NCBI GenBank assembly: GCA_035548655.1
Contig: DASZSN010000019.1
Span: 15,245-79,244 of the forward strand
Direction: 5' to 3'
DNA from: Minisyncoccota bacterium
Lineage (GTDB): Bacteria; Patescibacteriota; Minisyncoccia; Phycocordibacterales; UBA9973
Length of the DNA: 64,000 nucleotides
The translations under genes and the position numbers were made by a program. How positions within the stretch are numbered: the stretch's first letter is position 1; each line of letters opens with the position of its first letter. Shown here piece after piece: positions 1-9,382 of the stretch. A model generated the notes under the pieces. The model saw only the letters and a list, made by a program, of their open reading frames with translations, ran no database searches and was not told the DNA's origin.

Positions 1-497
1 GATGCCCCCGATACCGGCTCACCGTTTGCATCGATTGCTTTGATGACGATGGCACCGTTGCCATTTTCCGTTTCGAGCGATTTCGGCGCGACCAAACTGG
101 TGTATTCGACCGACACCGGTGTTTGACATGACGTGCAGGCGACATCTACCGCAACGAGTTTGTTGTCCGCAGGGGAGAGGTCGTTCGGTGTCCCACCAAG
201 CGTTCCGTCAGCAGGTTGATCGATGTTGCGTATCGTCACGCCGACCGAAAACGTCATATTGTTGCGTGTTACCGTCTGCGAAGGCGCGATGACGCCGGTG
301 GGAATCCCCCCGACAGTGCCGACATCGTAGTATTGGAGATTTCGGATTGTTTCAAACTGTTCATTTGCGATTTCGGTCGCCACTGTTCGGACTCTTACTG
401 TATTTGAAAATGAAATCACTCGCGCATAGAGCTGATAGATCGCAACCGAAAACACGAGAAACACGGCGGTTGCAACAAGTGTCTCAATGAGCGTCAT
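1..497 (-). CDS. Type IV pilin-like protein, partial (gene continues past window start); N-terminus G/MTLIETLVATAVFLVF prepilin-type motif
   Basis: Minus-strand translation from the ATG at 497 gives MTLIETLVATAVFLVFSVAIYQLY followed by a Thr/Gly-rich region with no stops to the window edge. It lies directly downstream of pilC in the same orientation. Not in the ORF track because it has no stop inside the window. Confidence 0.55.
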   Translation of the reverse strand, partial: MTLIETLVATAVFLVFSVAIYQLYARVISFSNTVRVRTVATEIANEQFETIRNLQYYDVGTVGGIPTGVIAPSQTVTRNNMTFSVGVTIRNIDQPADGTLGGTPNDLSPADNKLVAVDVACTSCQTPVSVEYTSLVAPKSLETENGNGAIVIKAIDANGEPVSGA

Positions 498-550
498 CCC
501 TGATGATGGATTGCTTCTTTTTTTATGAACATAAAAAAAACGGCCCATGG

Positions 551-1780
551 TTATTTGATCGAATCCATGATGGAATACATCGGTGAGAGCATCGAAACGG
601 CAAAAAATCCGACTCCGGCACCAACGAAAATCATCATCACCGGTTCAATGATGGTGGAGAGGTTTTTTGTCCGTGCATCCACTTCTTCCTCATAAAATGT
701 CGCGATATCAGAGAGCATGCTGGTGATTTTCCCCGTTTCTTCGCCGACCTCGATCATTTCTCCGACCATCACCGGGTAGAGCTCGCTGTGTTTTTTGAAT
801 ACTTCCGATATCGGCTCCCCTTTTTGCACCGATTGTCCTGCTTCATCGAGTACTTTTTTGTAGTAATAATTTTGTAACACGTCCTTGGTAATGGCGATTG
901 ATCGACTGATATCGACACCGGAGGCGATAAGCGATGAGAGTGTGCGAGTTGTGCGCGCGGTATTTACTTCTTGAACCAATCCGCCAACAACGGGAATCCT
1001 CGTCGAAAGAAAGTCAAACCATCGTTTTGTGGTTGGCAATCGAGACGCGACATAGAACAATGCCACGATCACAAGAAGTCCGAGAACAAGGAGCAAGAGA
1101 TGGTTGGACACGAGATCGCTGATCGCGATGATGATCTTTGTCGAGGTGGGAAGCTGTGCATTGAGCTCTTTGAACGTGGAGACCAGTGTCGGCACGACGT
1201 AGATAAACATAAGGATACCGATGATGACAATGGCGCAGACGATGATCATCGGGTACATGAGCGCGCCTTTTATTTTTCGTCGCAATGTGTAGGTTTTTTC
1301 CAAGTTCGAACATACTTCGACAAGCGCCTGCGGCAATCCTCCGGATTCTTCTCCTGATCGCACCATCGCGACAAACAGTGTCGAGAAAATACGGGGATAT
1401 TTTGTAAGTCCTTCCGAGAGCGTCCCGCCTTTTGCGACGGTATCAAGGAGGGTCGTTATGATTGATTTGAAATATACGTTCTTTGTCTGACGGTGGAGCA
1501 CTTCAAGCGCGCGAGAAAGCGATAGCCCCGCCTTGAGCATCCCGGAGAGATTTTTTGCAAAAAGGATTCGTTCTGAAAGTTTGACTCGTCCAAAAAATGC
1601 GTTCCCAAAGGAGAGGTGGATCGTTCTCTTTTCATTGATGACGAGCGGTACGACACCGCTATCGCGCACTAGCGATGCCGCTTCCGCGCGATCTTTCGCG
1701 GTGATGGTACCGGAAGTAATCCCGCCCGCTTTATCTCTTCCTTTGAAGGTGAACAAGATTCCTTTTTGTGCAGACTGCAT
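551..1780 (-). CDS. pilC: Type IV pilus assembly platform protein PilC (GspF family)
   Basis: 409 aa with three hydrophobic segments and the typical GspF-family repeat architecture, adjacent to pilB. Confidence 0.85.
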   Translation of the reverse strand: MQSAQKGILFTFKGRDKAGGITSGTITAKDRAEAASLVRDSGVVPLVINEKRTIHLSFGNAFFGRVKLSERILFAKNLSGMLKAGLSLSRALEVLHRQTKNVYFKSIITTLLDTVAKGGTLSEGLTKYPRIFSTLFVAMVRSGEESGGLPQALVEVCSNLEKTYTLRRKIKGALMYPMIIVCAIVIIGILMFIYVVPTLVSTFKELNAQLPTSTKIIIAISDLVSNHLLLLVLGLLVIVALFYVASRLPTTKRWFDFLSTRIPVVGGLVQEVNTARTTRTLSSLIASGVDISRSIAITKDVLQNYYYKKVLDEAGQSVQKGEPISEVFKKHSELYPVMVGEMIEVGEETGKITSMLSDIATFYEEEVDARTKNLSTIIEPVMMIFVGAGVGFFAVSMLSPMYSIMDSIK

Positions 1781-1800
1781 CTTCTAAGTATACCTGCTTT

Positions 1801-3549
1801 TTACTCACTCACCACACGAAGCACTTCGTCGATCGCCGTTTTTCCCTGCGCGGCTTGAAAAATACCGTCTTCGAGCATCGTCATCATTCCCTCTTTTTTC
1901 GCTTGCGTCTCCACTTCATCCGAGCTTCCGCCGCGCAAGATAATTTCTTTAATGGTCGGGGAAACTTTCATCACTTCGTGGATACCGATACGTCCTTTGT
2001 AGCCGTCGGGAGATTCGGCGCTTTTTTTCGGCCGATAGAAAGGAATCTTTTTCCACTCGGTCCCTTTTTTGATCACTCCTTCTTTTTCCAAAATGTCCCG
2101 CATCCGTGCGGTATCAATGAGTTTTTCGATGGCGGCAAGCTCCCCGGCACTTAGAAAATATTCTTCCTTTTCGTTCGTGAGGCGACGGACGAGACGTTGA
2201 GCGACGATCACCTTCGCGGTCGAAACGATCAAAAACGGCTCCACCCCCATATCGATGAGGCGCGGAATCGCCCCCGCAGAAGAGTTGGTGTGGATCGTCG
2301 AGAGCACTAAGTGCCCAGTAAGCGCGGCGTTCACCGCGAGCGAAGCGGTCTCGCCATCGCGGATCTCCCCCACCATGATGATGTTCGGGTCCTGACGAAG
2401 GAGCGCACGAAGTCCATTGGCAAACGTCATTCCGATTTCGCTTTTCACCTGCGTTTGATTGACGCGCGGCATTTGGTATTCAATCGGATCCTCAACAGTA
2501 GAGATATTGACCTCCGGCGTATTTAAAATATCGAGGATGGTATAGAGTGTCGTCGTTTTTCCCGAACCGGTCGGTCCCGAACAGAGAATGATCCCCGAGT
2601 GTTGTTTCATCCCCTCGTGAATGCGTTCAAGCGACTCTCCATGAAAACCGAGTCCTTCGAGGGTAAAGCCCTGTGATGATTCGCGCAGGATACGAATGAC
2701 TGTCTTTTCTCCAAAGTATGTCGGGAGCGTCGAGACACGAAATGACACCGGCTGATCATCGAGCACGATTTTGAATCGGCCGTCTTGTGGGAGGCGCTTC
2801 TCATCGAGCTTAAGGTTCGAGAGTACTTTGATGCGAGCGGTGATCGCCGGCGCAGTTTCTTTCGGAAGCGTCATGGCATCATGCAGAATGCCGTCGATGC
2901 GATAGCGGACGATGAGCTCCCCTTCTCCCGGTTCGATATGGATATCAGACGCCCCCTGGAGAATGGCGTGTGATATGAGCGAGTCGACGATCTTTACCAC
3001 CGGAAGGTCTTCGGCAAGTTCTTTGAGATCTTTTTCGGGCATCTCTTCCCCTTTGTCATCGACGCGTTGGATGTTGCCGACTTCTTGTTTGATGATCGAA
3101 TCAAACTCCGCCTGCAGACTCTTTTTGTACTGCAACAATACCGCCTTGATGGATTCTGAATCCGTCATGCGCGGCAAGATGCGAAGCCCCGTCTTTTTTT
3201 TGATGAAGTCAATCGCCGCGAGGTTGTCGATATCGATGGTCGCGACTTCAAGATCCTTCTCGTGCATGCGATACGCAACGATGTTGTACTTTCGAGCGAT
3301 GGCTTCCGGAATGAGCATCAGCACCGAGGGCTCTATCTTTTCTTTTGCAAGTCCGATAAAGGGGATGCCGAGCACGTACGCTTCGAGCCGTTTCAATTCA
3401 CTCTCTTTTACTTTTGCATTTTGGAGCAGATAGTCGGAGAGACTAATGTCTTTTTGTTTTTTTACTTTATCAAACGCCTCAAGGTCGCCCGGAGTGGCGA
3501 TGTTGGCATCGAGGACAAGATTGCGAAGCTTCGCTTCATCAACGATCAT
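1801..3549 (-). CDS. pilB: Type IV pilus assembly ATPase PilB (GspE family)
   Basis: Walker A GPTGSGKTTT, Asp-box and His-box motifs (IIMVGEIRD, LVLSTIHTNSS). The likely start is the MIVDEAK Met at 3549; the track ORF extends to 3567. Confidence 0.9.
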   Translation of the reverse strand: MIVDEAKLRNLVLDANIATPGDLEAFDKVKKQKDISLSDYLLQNAKVKESELKRLEAYVLGIPFIGLAKEKIEPSVLMLIPEAIARKYNIVAYRMHEKDLEVATIDIDNLAAIDFIKKKTGLRILPRMTDSESIKAVLLQYKKSLQAEFDSIIKQEVGNIQRVDDKGEEMPEKDLKELAEDLPVVKIVDSLISHAILQGASDIHIEPGEGELIVRYRIDGILHDAMTLPKETAPAITARIKVLSNLKLDEKRLPQDGRFKIVLDDQPVSFRVSTLPTYFGEKTVIRILRESSQGFTLEGLGFHGESLERIHEGMKQHSGIILCSGPTGSGKTTTLYTILDILNTPEVNISTVEDPIEYQMPRVNQTQVKSEIGMTFANGLRALLRQDPNIIMVGEIRDGETASLAVNAALTGHLVLSTIHTNSSAGAIPRLIDMGVEPFLIVSTAKVIVAQRLVRRLTNEKEEYFLSAGELAAIEKLIDTARMRDILEKEGVIKKGTEWKKIPFYRPKKSAESPDGYKGRIGIHEVMKVSPTIKEIILRGGSSDEVETQAKKEGMMTMLEDGIFQAAQGKTAIDEVLRVVSE

Positions 3550-3579
3550 GCACCAAGTATACCGCACGCTTCTCTGTAA

Positions 3580-3628
3580 TAAAAAAGATATACAAACAAC
3601 ACCATCCGCCGAGGAGGCGGATGGTGTT
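3580..3628 (-). terminator. Rho-independent terminator (13-bp stem AACACCATCCGCC/GGCGGATGGTGTT) serving the minus-strand gene 3641-4666
   Basis: A perfect hairpin at 3598-3628 followed on the minus strand by a T-rich run. Confidence 0.6.
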
Positions 3629-3640
3629 GTTTGTAATTGT

Positions 3641-4666
3641 TTAAAACTCGATAAAGGTCGGTTTGCGCGTCACTGTCACCGTAACTGGTGAGCTCAACGT
3701 TCCTCCACAGTTGGCGGTATAGGTGGTCGTGACAAAGAGCGCACCCGAAGATTTTGATCCATTCCACACGCCACTGCCGCCGGACATGGTGACAGAGCCG
3801 AGGTTGCCTCCATGATCATCGGTGATGGTACATGACGGCACGGTAGCAAAGTTGCTTGCGGTCACCGATAACGTCGATGCGTCCCCGGAATAAATGGAAG
3901 TCGGGGCGGCGGAGAGTGTGACAGTGGCAACAGAGTTTGCGACACACGAGCTTCCAACCCATGAACTGCCCGATGCGCATGACGCCGTCACCGACTTGCT
4001 ATCAAGCACAGTCGAACCATCCCTGAGATAGAACGTGACGGAAGGATAGGTTACTGATGATCCGACCGGGAATGCACTCGGCTGATTAGCCGCGTTGGAG
4101 AGAATGGCCGTTCCGTTGTAGAGGTTTGGCGAGGTTGCGTTGGTTGTCGTCCATGTCGCGTTTACTGAGCCGGAAGTACAGGTACTTGCATTCAATGGAA
4201 TAGTGCATGAGCTTGGGGTGACGGTGAGTGCTCCGGTGACGCCCCCAGGGGTTGGATTTACCGTGACAACCATATCATCCGATCCGGTGAGTCCGGGACT
4301 TCCGTTGTCGGTAACGGTCAAACGAAATGTGTATGTTCCTTGTGCAAGACCACTGATCGTTGTCGTTGCGGATGACGGAGACACGATTGTTGCCGCGCCA
4401 CCAGAAACTTTTGTCCATGCGTATGAGGTTATCGTACCGTCAGGATCAGACCCCGAACCAACGACTGAGACTGAGTTTGTCGGCAATGTGATGACTTTAT
4501 CCGGTCCGGCATTCGCCGTTGGAGGTTGGTTTCCAACCGGGTTGACGATATATGGAATCGAGAACGTGCTATACGTCCATACCGCATGCGCGGACGAAGC
4601 AGTTATGGAAATGATTGCAAGCGCGACTGTCAGAGTTCCGAGAAATGTGGTGAGATATTTTTTCAT
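3641..4666 (-). CDS. Secreted protein with PKD-like repeat
   Basis: Signal peptide MKKYLTTFLGTLTVALAIISITASSAHA; PKD-like segment NAGPDKVITLPTNSVSVVGSGSDPDGTITSYAWTKVSGG; Thr/Ser-rich. The start is taken at the internal Met to avoid overlap with the neighbouring gene. Confidence 0.5.
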   Translation of the reverse strand: MKKYLTTFLGTLTVALAIISITASSAHAVWTYSTFSIPYIVNPVGNQPPTANAGPDKVITLPTNSVSVVGSGSDPDGTITSYAWTKVSGGAATIVSPSSATTTISGLAQGTYTFRLTVTDNGSPGLTGSDDMVVTVNPTPGGVTGALTVTPSSCTIPLNASTCTSGSVNATWTTTNATSPNLYNGTAILSNAANQPSAFPVGSSVTYPSVTFYLRDGSTVLDSKSVTASCASGSSWVGSSCVANSVATVTLSAAPTSIYSGDASTLSVTASNFATVPSCTITDDHGGNLGSVTMSGGSGVWNGSKSSGALFVTTTYTANCGGTLSSPVTVTVTRKPTFIEF

Positions 4667-4676
4667 ATGTTGTGAA

Positions 4677-7082
4677 TTATTGCTGGCAAATCTCATACCC
4701 AGTATGACTCGGGTCTGGAACACATGCGCCTAAGCACCCCTGCGATATTCCCGGCCACTCATTACACATACCTCCTGACGGCGGTGGTGGTGAACCAAGA
4801 TCAGTGAGTGTGACGGAGTCAGTGTTACTGCCGGCAAGGTTGGTGCATGTTAGAGAGTAGGTAGTGGTTGCTGATGGGGTAACGGTTGCATATCCAGAAG
4901 TATTGCCTGATGTCGAGAAACCGCTCCCTGTGCAAGAGTTTGCATACTGCGAACTCCAGGAGACCGTCACCGATGTGCCGTCATAGAAATATTGCGGGTT
5001 TGCGGATATGTTAGTCGTGGGAATCGGCGGGAGGATGATGTAGGGAACCGTAAGATCAGAGCCGTCCAATAAAGCATAAGTAACTTGTTCAGAAGCTGTG
5101 CCGTTACTTACCACTCCTGAAAACGCCTCCTGATCACAGGAAGATGAACCCCAGTGAAGTGTGTAGTCCATGTAATAACTGTTTGCCCCCAAGTAAGAAT
5201 ACGATGTGCCAGAATTGACTGCCGTCATAGACGGTGACCCAAAAGGAGAAGGGGGTGGGTATCCAAAACCATTGTCACTTGGAATATCGTAATATTGTAG
5301 TTTTAATTTTAAACCAAGACCAGATACATCGAGCGGAGTCGTTGCAGTAGGGTCACTGAAGAAACTCACAGTTTCAGTGACGTTGTAATAGTTGTAATGA
5401 TTAGTCCAACCAACATCAGCCCTACCATCACCACCAGGGCAAGATGATTCCGTTGGAAGATTTCTGTATCCATCATCGTCGGTATCAGCAACCTTCACAT
5501 AAATCGGTCCGTTAACTCCCGCAGTAAAATCAACGGTGTAGTTACCAGTAGACGGAGCGTTAAATTGTTTTGTATTATCAATGACATTTTGTCCTGGAGC
5601 GAGTGTTACAGATCCACCAAATAACTGAACTGAGGAGTTGTTCACTGTAACCGCCGAAAGGCTAATCGGATATGTTGTTGTGCCAGACGAGTTGCTCACC
5701 TGAGCATTTACCTTTATATGGTCTCCTTGATTATAAACAGTTGAGTCAATGCCCAAATTTAACATCACATCACTATTAAGAAAGAACGTCGTTGCGTGCG
5801 CATGTACAAACGGTGTAAGTCCGACAACAACAAAGAGTGCAAGTGCACTTATCGTTTTGCGGCCAAGCCGTTTCTTTATTGCCATGAGCACAACAACAGC
5901 AACAATGAGAATCACCAAGAGAAGGAGGCCGCCCCACGCACTTGAAAAGAGTTTCAAAGGAGAAGAGGGCACCGCGACAGATTTTTGCGCAAGTGCAGTA
6001 CCATCTGCTCCAGCAAGCGCAACGGTGATCTGCGGATTCACGCATGCTGAAGTAATCGGCACCATGACGTCCTGCATGCCCGGACCGGTTGCCTGCATCG
6101 TAGCTGTGCCGCATGAGCCACCTGAAACATTGGTAATCGTTGCGGTAATCATTGGAGTAAAGACACCGGAACCGTTCCAGAGAACGGAGAGTTTCGCCGT
6201 TTCCCCTTTGTGATAGCGATCCTTGTCAGGAGAGATATTTACCACCGTCGCAGAGATGCCGTTTCTGCTGTAGGCAAACGGAATCGTGTTTGATTTGTCG
6301 GTACCGACGACGAGCGAGAAAAATCCTTTGTACAATCCCGCATCAGCCGCAACCGGCACCGCAATTGTGACGGATTTTTTTGCACCGGCGGCAAGGGTGG
6401 TGGCGCTCGTATCGGGAGCGCTTGTTTTTGCGAGTGCACCGTATGCGCCGCGAGATTTGATGACAAATGACGGAGTCACCGTGATGGACGAGGTGCTTGT
6501 ATTGGTGATCGTACATGAAAGATAGAGAGATTGACCGCTACCGACAACAATACCCGAGGCAGTGGTTGCAGTACCGGGAGACTGTTTGCTGGTATTTAAA
6601 CGACATGTTTCAGGAGCAATGGCGACCCCGGAAGTTCCCGACAACGTCACATTGTCGATAGAGGCGATACCGAGCGGAAAACCACTGTCGTTGCCGCCTA
6701 CTATATAGAGCACGTATGCTCCCGAAAGTGCTGCAGGTGCTTCGTATACGATATCGCGGTTTGTTGTCGAATTTTCGGCAAGTACAAGTGTCTCGTCATA
6801 ATCCTTTTCATCTGCGACCGTTTGCGGTGATGAGGCAGGGACAAGTTGCACACTGTAATGCACTCCCGCCTGTACCCCCTTCCCATTCGTAAGGGAAAAA
6901 GAGAGATGAAATGTATTTCCTTCCTGAGAGGCAATGTGAGCATTTTGGATGTTGACTTCTGCAACAGCCAAAGGTTTCGTGGGAGTAGAAAGAGTATTCT
7001 GGGCCACTGCTATAGGAGCAGTAAGCAAAAAGAAAGTGAATATTGTTATGATCACTTTTTTAAATGATGGTGGCTGGTTCAT
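4677..7082 (-). CDS. Large Thr/Ser-rich surface protein (801 aa) with N-terminal signal peptide, internal hydrophobic anchor and Cys-rich C-terminus
   Basis: The N-terminus MNQPPSFKKVIITIFTFFLLTAPIAVAQ is signal-like. Mid-protein GGLLLLVILIVAVVVLMAIKKRLGRK is followed by the signal-like TISALALFVVVGLTPFVHAHA. Confidence 0.5.
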   Translation of the reverse strand: MNQPPSFKKVIITIFTFFLLTAPIAVAQNTLSTPTKPLAVAEVNIQNAHIASQEGNTFHLSFSLTNGKGVQAGVHYSVQLVPASSPQTVADEKDYDETLVLAENSTTNRDIVYEAPAALSGAYVLYIVGGNDSGFPLGIASIDNVTLSGTSGVAIAPETCRLNTSKQSPGTATTASGIVVGSGQSLYLSCTITNTSTSSITVTPSFVIKSRGAYGALAKTSAPDTSATTLAAGAKKSVTIAVPVAADAGLYKGFFSLVVGTDKSNTIPFAYSRNGISATVVNISPDKDRYHKGETAKLSVLWNGSGVFTPMITATITNVSGGSCGTATMQATGPGMQDVMVPITSACVNPQITVALAGADGTALAQKSVAVPSSPLKLFSSAWGGLLLLVILIVAVVVLMAIKKRLGRKTISALALFVVVGLTPFVHAHATTFFLNSDVMLNLGIDSTVYNQGDHIKVNAQVSNSSGTTTYPISLSAVTVNNSSVQLFGGSVTLAPGQNVIDNTKQFNAPSTGNYTVDFTAGVNGPIYVKVADTDDDGYRNLPTESSCPGGDGRADVGWTNHYNYYNVTETVSFFSDPTATTPLDVSGLGLKLKLQYYDIPSDNGFGYPPPSPFGSPSMTAVNSGTSYSYLGANSYYMDYTLHWGSSSCDQEAFSGVVSNGTASEQVTYALLDGSDLTVPYIILPPIPTTNISANPQYFYDGTSVTVSWSSQYANSCTGSGFSTSGNTSGYATVTPSATTTYSLTCTNLAGSNTDSVTLTDLGSPPPPSGGMCNEWPGISQGCLGACVPDPSHTGYEICQQ

Positions 7083-7194
7083 TGATGAAAAGAAATACTT
7101 GATTAATTACTATACAGAAAGTATAGCATCTATTACTTTGTCAATAAAAAAACCTTACCTTGTTAAAGGTGAGGTTCACTACTGGCTTTTTTCT

Positions 7195-7875
7195 TTAATG
7201 CCGAAGGTATGTGAATACAATCGAATCTCCTGAGGGGTAGCCGATGTTTGATATTTTCAACGTATCTTTATTCACAGTCCTAACATCCCACAACCGTTGA
7301 TCAGGAGATTGTGCAAGCATAATTTTCCTGTAGTTTGAGGCAAAATACCATTCGCCATATCCATCAGAAAGTCCGTTATTGCACCGTGAGTTGAGTATAC
7401 TCACCGTACTGTCGACATGAAAAACAAAATTTTCACATGTCGGGACGATCGAGTGCCACGTACCACCAAAATATTCCTCATCGAAGGTCAATGCCCACGT
7501 GCCGGGATATTGGCACACTGCGCTAACCTGTTCTGGACGCACATACACTTTTACTTCTTCAGTTCTCTGTAGAGCGCCAGTCGCAATAAACGTAAGAGTT
7601 GTATCACGTACCAGGTCTTCTAAAGAAATTGTTCCCTGCAAAGCAACTGTATGTCCATTGACTGACAACGAGGTTGCATTTTTTACATTGTATCCGATGA
7701 GAGTATCGGATTTATACCATTGCGGTCCTTGTGGAACCGCAGTGAATGTAATTTGGGGTGATGTTGGTGGTGGCGTTACTCCGCCCCCTGGAGAAGATCC
7801 CGGGGTACAGCCAAAACCTATAAAAAAACAGAAAAGTACTAACTTCCCTGTTTTGACGAAAGTTAAACTTTTCAT
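7195..7875 (-). CDS. Putative lipoprotein
   Basis: N-terminal MKSLTFVKTGKLVLFCFFIGFGC contains a lipobox-like FGC, followed by a Pro/Gly-rich linker. Confidence 0.4.
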   Translation of the reverse strand: MKSLTFVKTGKLVLFCFFIGFGCTPGSSPGGGVTPPPTSPQITFTAVPQGPQWYKSDTLIGYNVKNATSLSVNGHTVALQGTISLEDLVRDTTLTFIATGALQRTEEVKVYVRPEQVSAVCQYPGTWALTFDEEYFGGTWHSIVPTCENFVFHVDSTVSILNSRCNNGLSDGYGEWYFASNYRKIMLAQSPDQRLWDVRTVNKDTLKISNIGYPSGDSIVFTYLRH

Positions 7876-7990
7876 ATTTCCTCCTTTTTAGATGTATAGA
7901 GCAATAATCACTCTTTATGCCAATACTAATCAAAATGTGCATTTTGTCAATACCTCTTCGAGGGGAAAACAGGTGGAAAACCGATTTGCA

Positions 7991-8019
7991 TTGCAAACAA
8001 ACGGTTCCTGTGCTACAGT
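7991..8019 (+). promoter_or_regulatory. Sigma70-like promoter upstream of nusA (-35 TTGCAA, 17-bp spacer, -10 TACAGT with TG extension)
   Basis: TTGCAA at 7991-7996 and TACAGT at 8014-8019, preceded by TGC. Confidence 0.4.
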
Positions 8020-8029
8020 GTATCTGTTG

Positions 8030-8061
8030 ATGTCCGTCCCGAAAGGTCGGACATTTCGTTT
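8030..8061 (+). promoter_or_regulatory. Leader hairpin plus U-tract (attenuator-like) in the nusA 5' UTR
   Basis: ATGTCCG..CGGACAT stem with a CGAAA loop, followed by TTTCGTTT, about 25 nt upstream of the nusA ATG. Confidence 0.3.
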
Positions 8062-8084
8062 AAAAGTACCCTCATTTAATTATC

Positions 8085-9344
8085 ATGTTAGACATCAAAG
8101 CACTAAAACTAGCCATCGAACAGCTTGAAAGCGAGCGAAGAATCGCCCGTGAAAAGCTTATCGACGCCATCGAACAAGCATTTGCCGCCGCGTACAAAAA
8201 AGAGTACGGCCACAAAGGTCAAGTGATCCGCGCACGTATCGATCTCGACGCGGGCACTGTTTCATTTGAACAGGTGAAAACTGTTGTCGACGAGACAACG
8301 GTGCGCTTTGACGTCCCCGAAGAAGGAACCGAGGGCACTCCGATGGAAACGATGGCGAGTGAAACGGGCGAAGTTGACGAGCGTGAGCATTACAACGAAG
8401 AGAAGCACTTGCTCCTCGCTGACGCGCGCATCATGAAAAGTGACGCGCAGGTGGGAGACGAAATCGTCTTTCCGCTCGAACCAAAAGAGGATTTTGGTCG
8501 CATTGCCGCACAAACCGCAAAACAGGTCATCATGCAACGCATCCGTGAAGCGGAGCGCTCCAGTATCATGGAAGAGTTTGGCGGCAAAGAAGGCGATATC
8601 GTCTCCGGCTATATTCAAAAAGTCGATCGCGGCACGGTCTTTGTCGACTTCAACCGCGCAACGGGCATGCTCCCGCCGAACGAACAAATCCCGGGCGAGC
8701 ACTACACTCGTGGCTCACGCATCCGTGGCTATCTCTACAACGTTGAGGAGAGTCCGCGCGGCATCACGCTTCGCATCTCCCGCACACACCCGAAGTTTTT
8801 GGAAAAACTCTTCGCGTATGAATCGCCGGAAGTGGCAAGCGGTGTCGTACAGATCAAATCAATCGCCCGTGAACCGGGAAGCCGTTCAAAGATCGCCGTG
8901 TGGACCGATGACGCGAACATCGATCCGGTGGGAAGTTGTGTCGGTCAAAAGGGTGTGCGCGTCGGCACTGTCATGAACGAACTCGGCGGAGAAAAGATCG
9001 ATATCATCGAGTGGTCACCAGATCCGGAAGAGTTTGTCCGCAAGGCGCTCTCCCCGGCTCGCGTGCTCGATCTGACGCTCGATGAGACGGAGCACAAAGC
9101 GACAATCGAAGTCACTCCCGACCAACTCTCTCTTGCCATCGGCAAAGGCGGACAGAACGTGCGCCTCGCCGCGAAACTTACCGGCTGGAAGATTGATATT
9201 AAAGGAAGTGAATTGCAGGCGACGCCGGAAGCGGTCGCTGATGGACTTCCAAGTGAGGGCGACGACTTTGTTCCGCTCGAAAAACTCGCCGCTAAAGAAG
9301 AAACAGAAAAACCAATCAAAGAAACAACCGTCGACGAAGCATAG
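8085..9344 (+). CDS. nusA: Transcription termination/antitermination factor NusA
   Basis: N-terminal NusA domain, an S1-like region and KH motifs (GQKGVRVGTVMNELGGEKIDII; IGKGGQNVRLAAKLTGWKIDI). Confidence 0.9.
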   Translation: MLDIKALKLAIEQLESERRIAREKLIDAIEQAFAAAYKKEYGHKGQVIRARIDLDAGTVSFEQVKTVVDETTVRFDVPEEGTEGTPMETMASETGEVDEREHYNEEKHLLLADARIMKSDAQVGDEIVFPLEPKEDFGRIAAQTAKQVIMQRIREAERSSIMEEFGGKEGDIVSGYIQKVDRGTVFVDFNRATGMLPPNEQIPGEHYTRGSRIRGYLYNVEESPRGITLRISRTHPKFLEKLFAYESPEVASGVVQIKSIAREPGSRSKIAVWTDDANIDPVGSCVGQKGVRVGTVMNELGGEKIDIIEWSPDPEEFVRKALSPARVLDLTLDETEHKATIEVTPDQLSLAIGKGGQNVRLAAKLTGWKIDIKGSELQATPEAVADGLPSEGDDFVPLEKLAAKEETEKPIKETTVDEA

Positions 9345-9382
9345 TTTGTTCTCCTCCTTATCATTAACTACGCACTACTCAT

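Noticed and set aside
8262-9364. Several 60-180-aa ORFs antisense to or overlapping nusA; similar cases inside pilC, pilB, rny, comM, pcrA and the large surface-protein genes
   Set aside because: They lie entirely within high-confidence genes on the opposite strand or in alternate frames. They have low-complexity Arg/Ser-rich translations and no start or terminator context. They are typical shadow ORFs.
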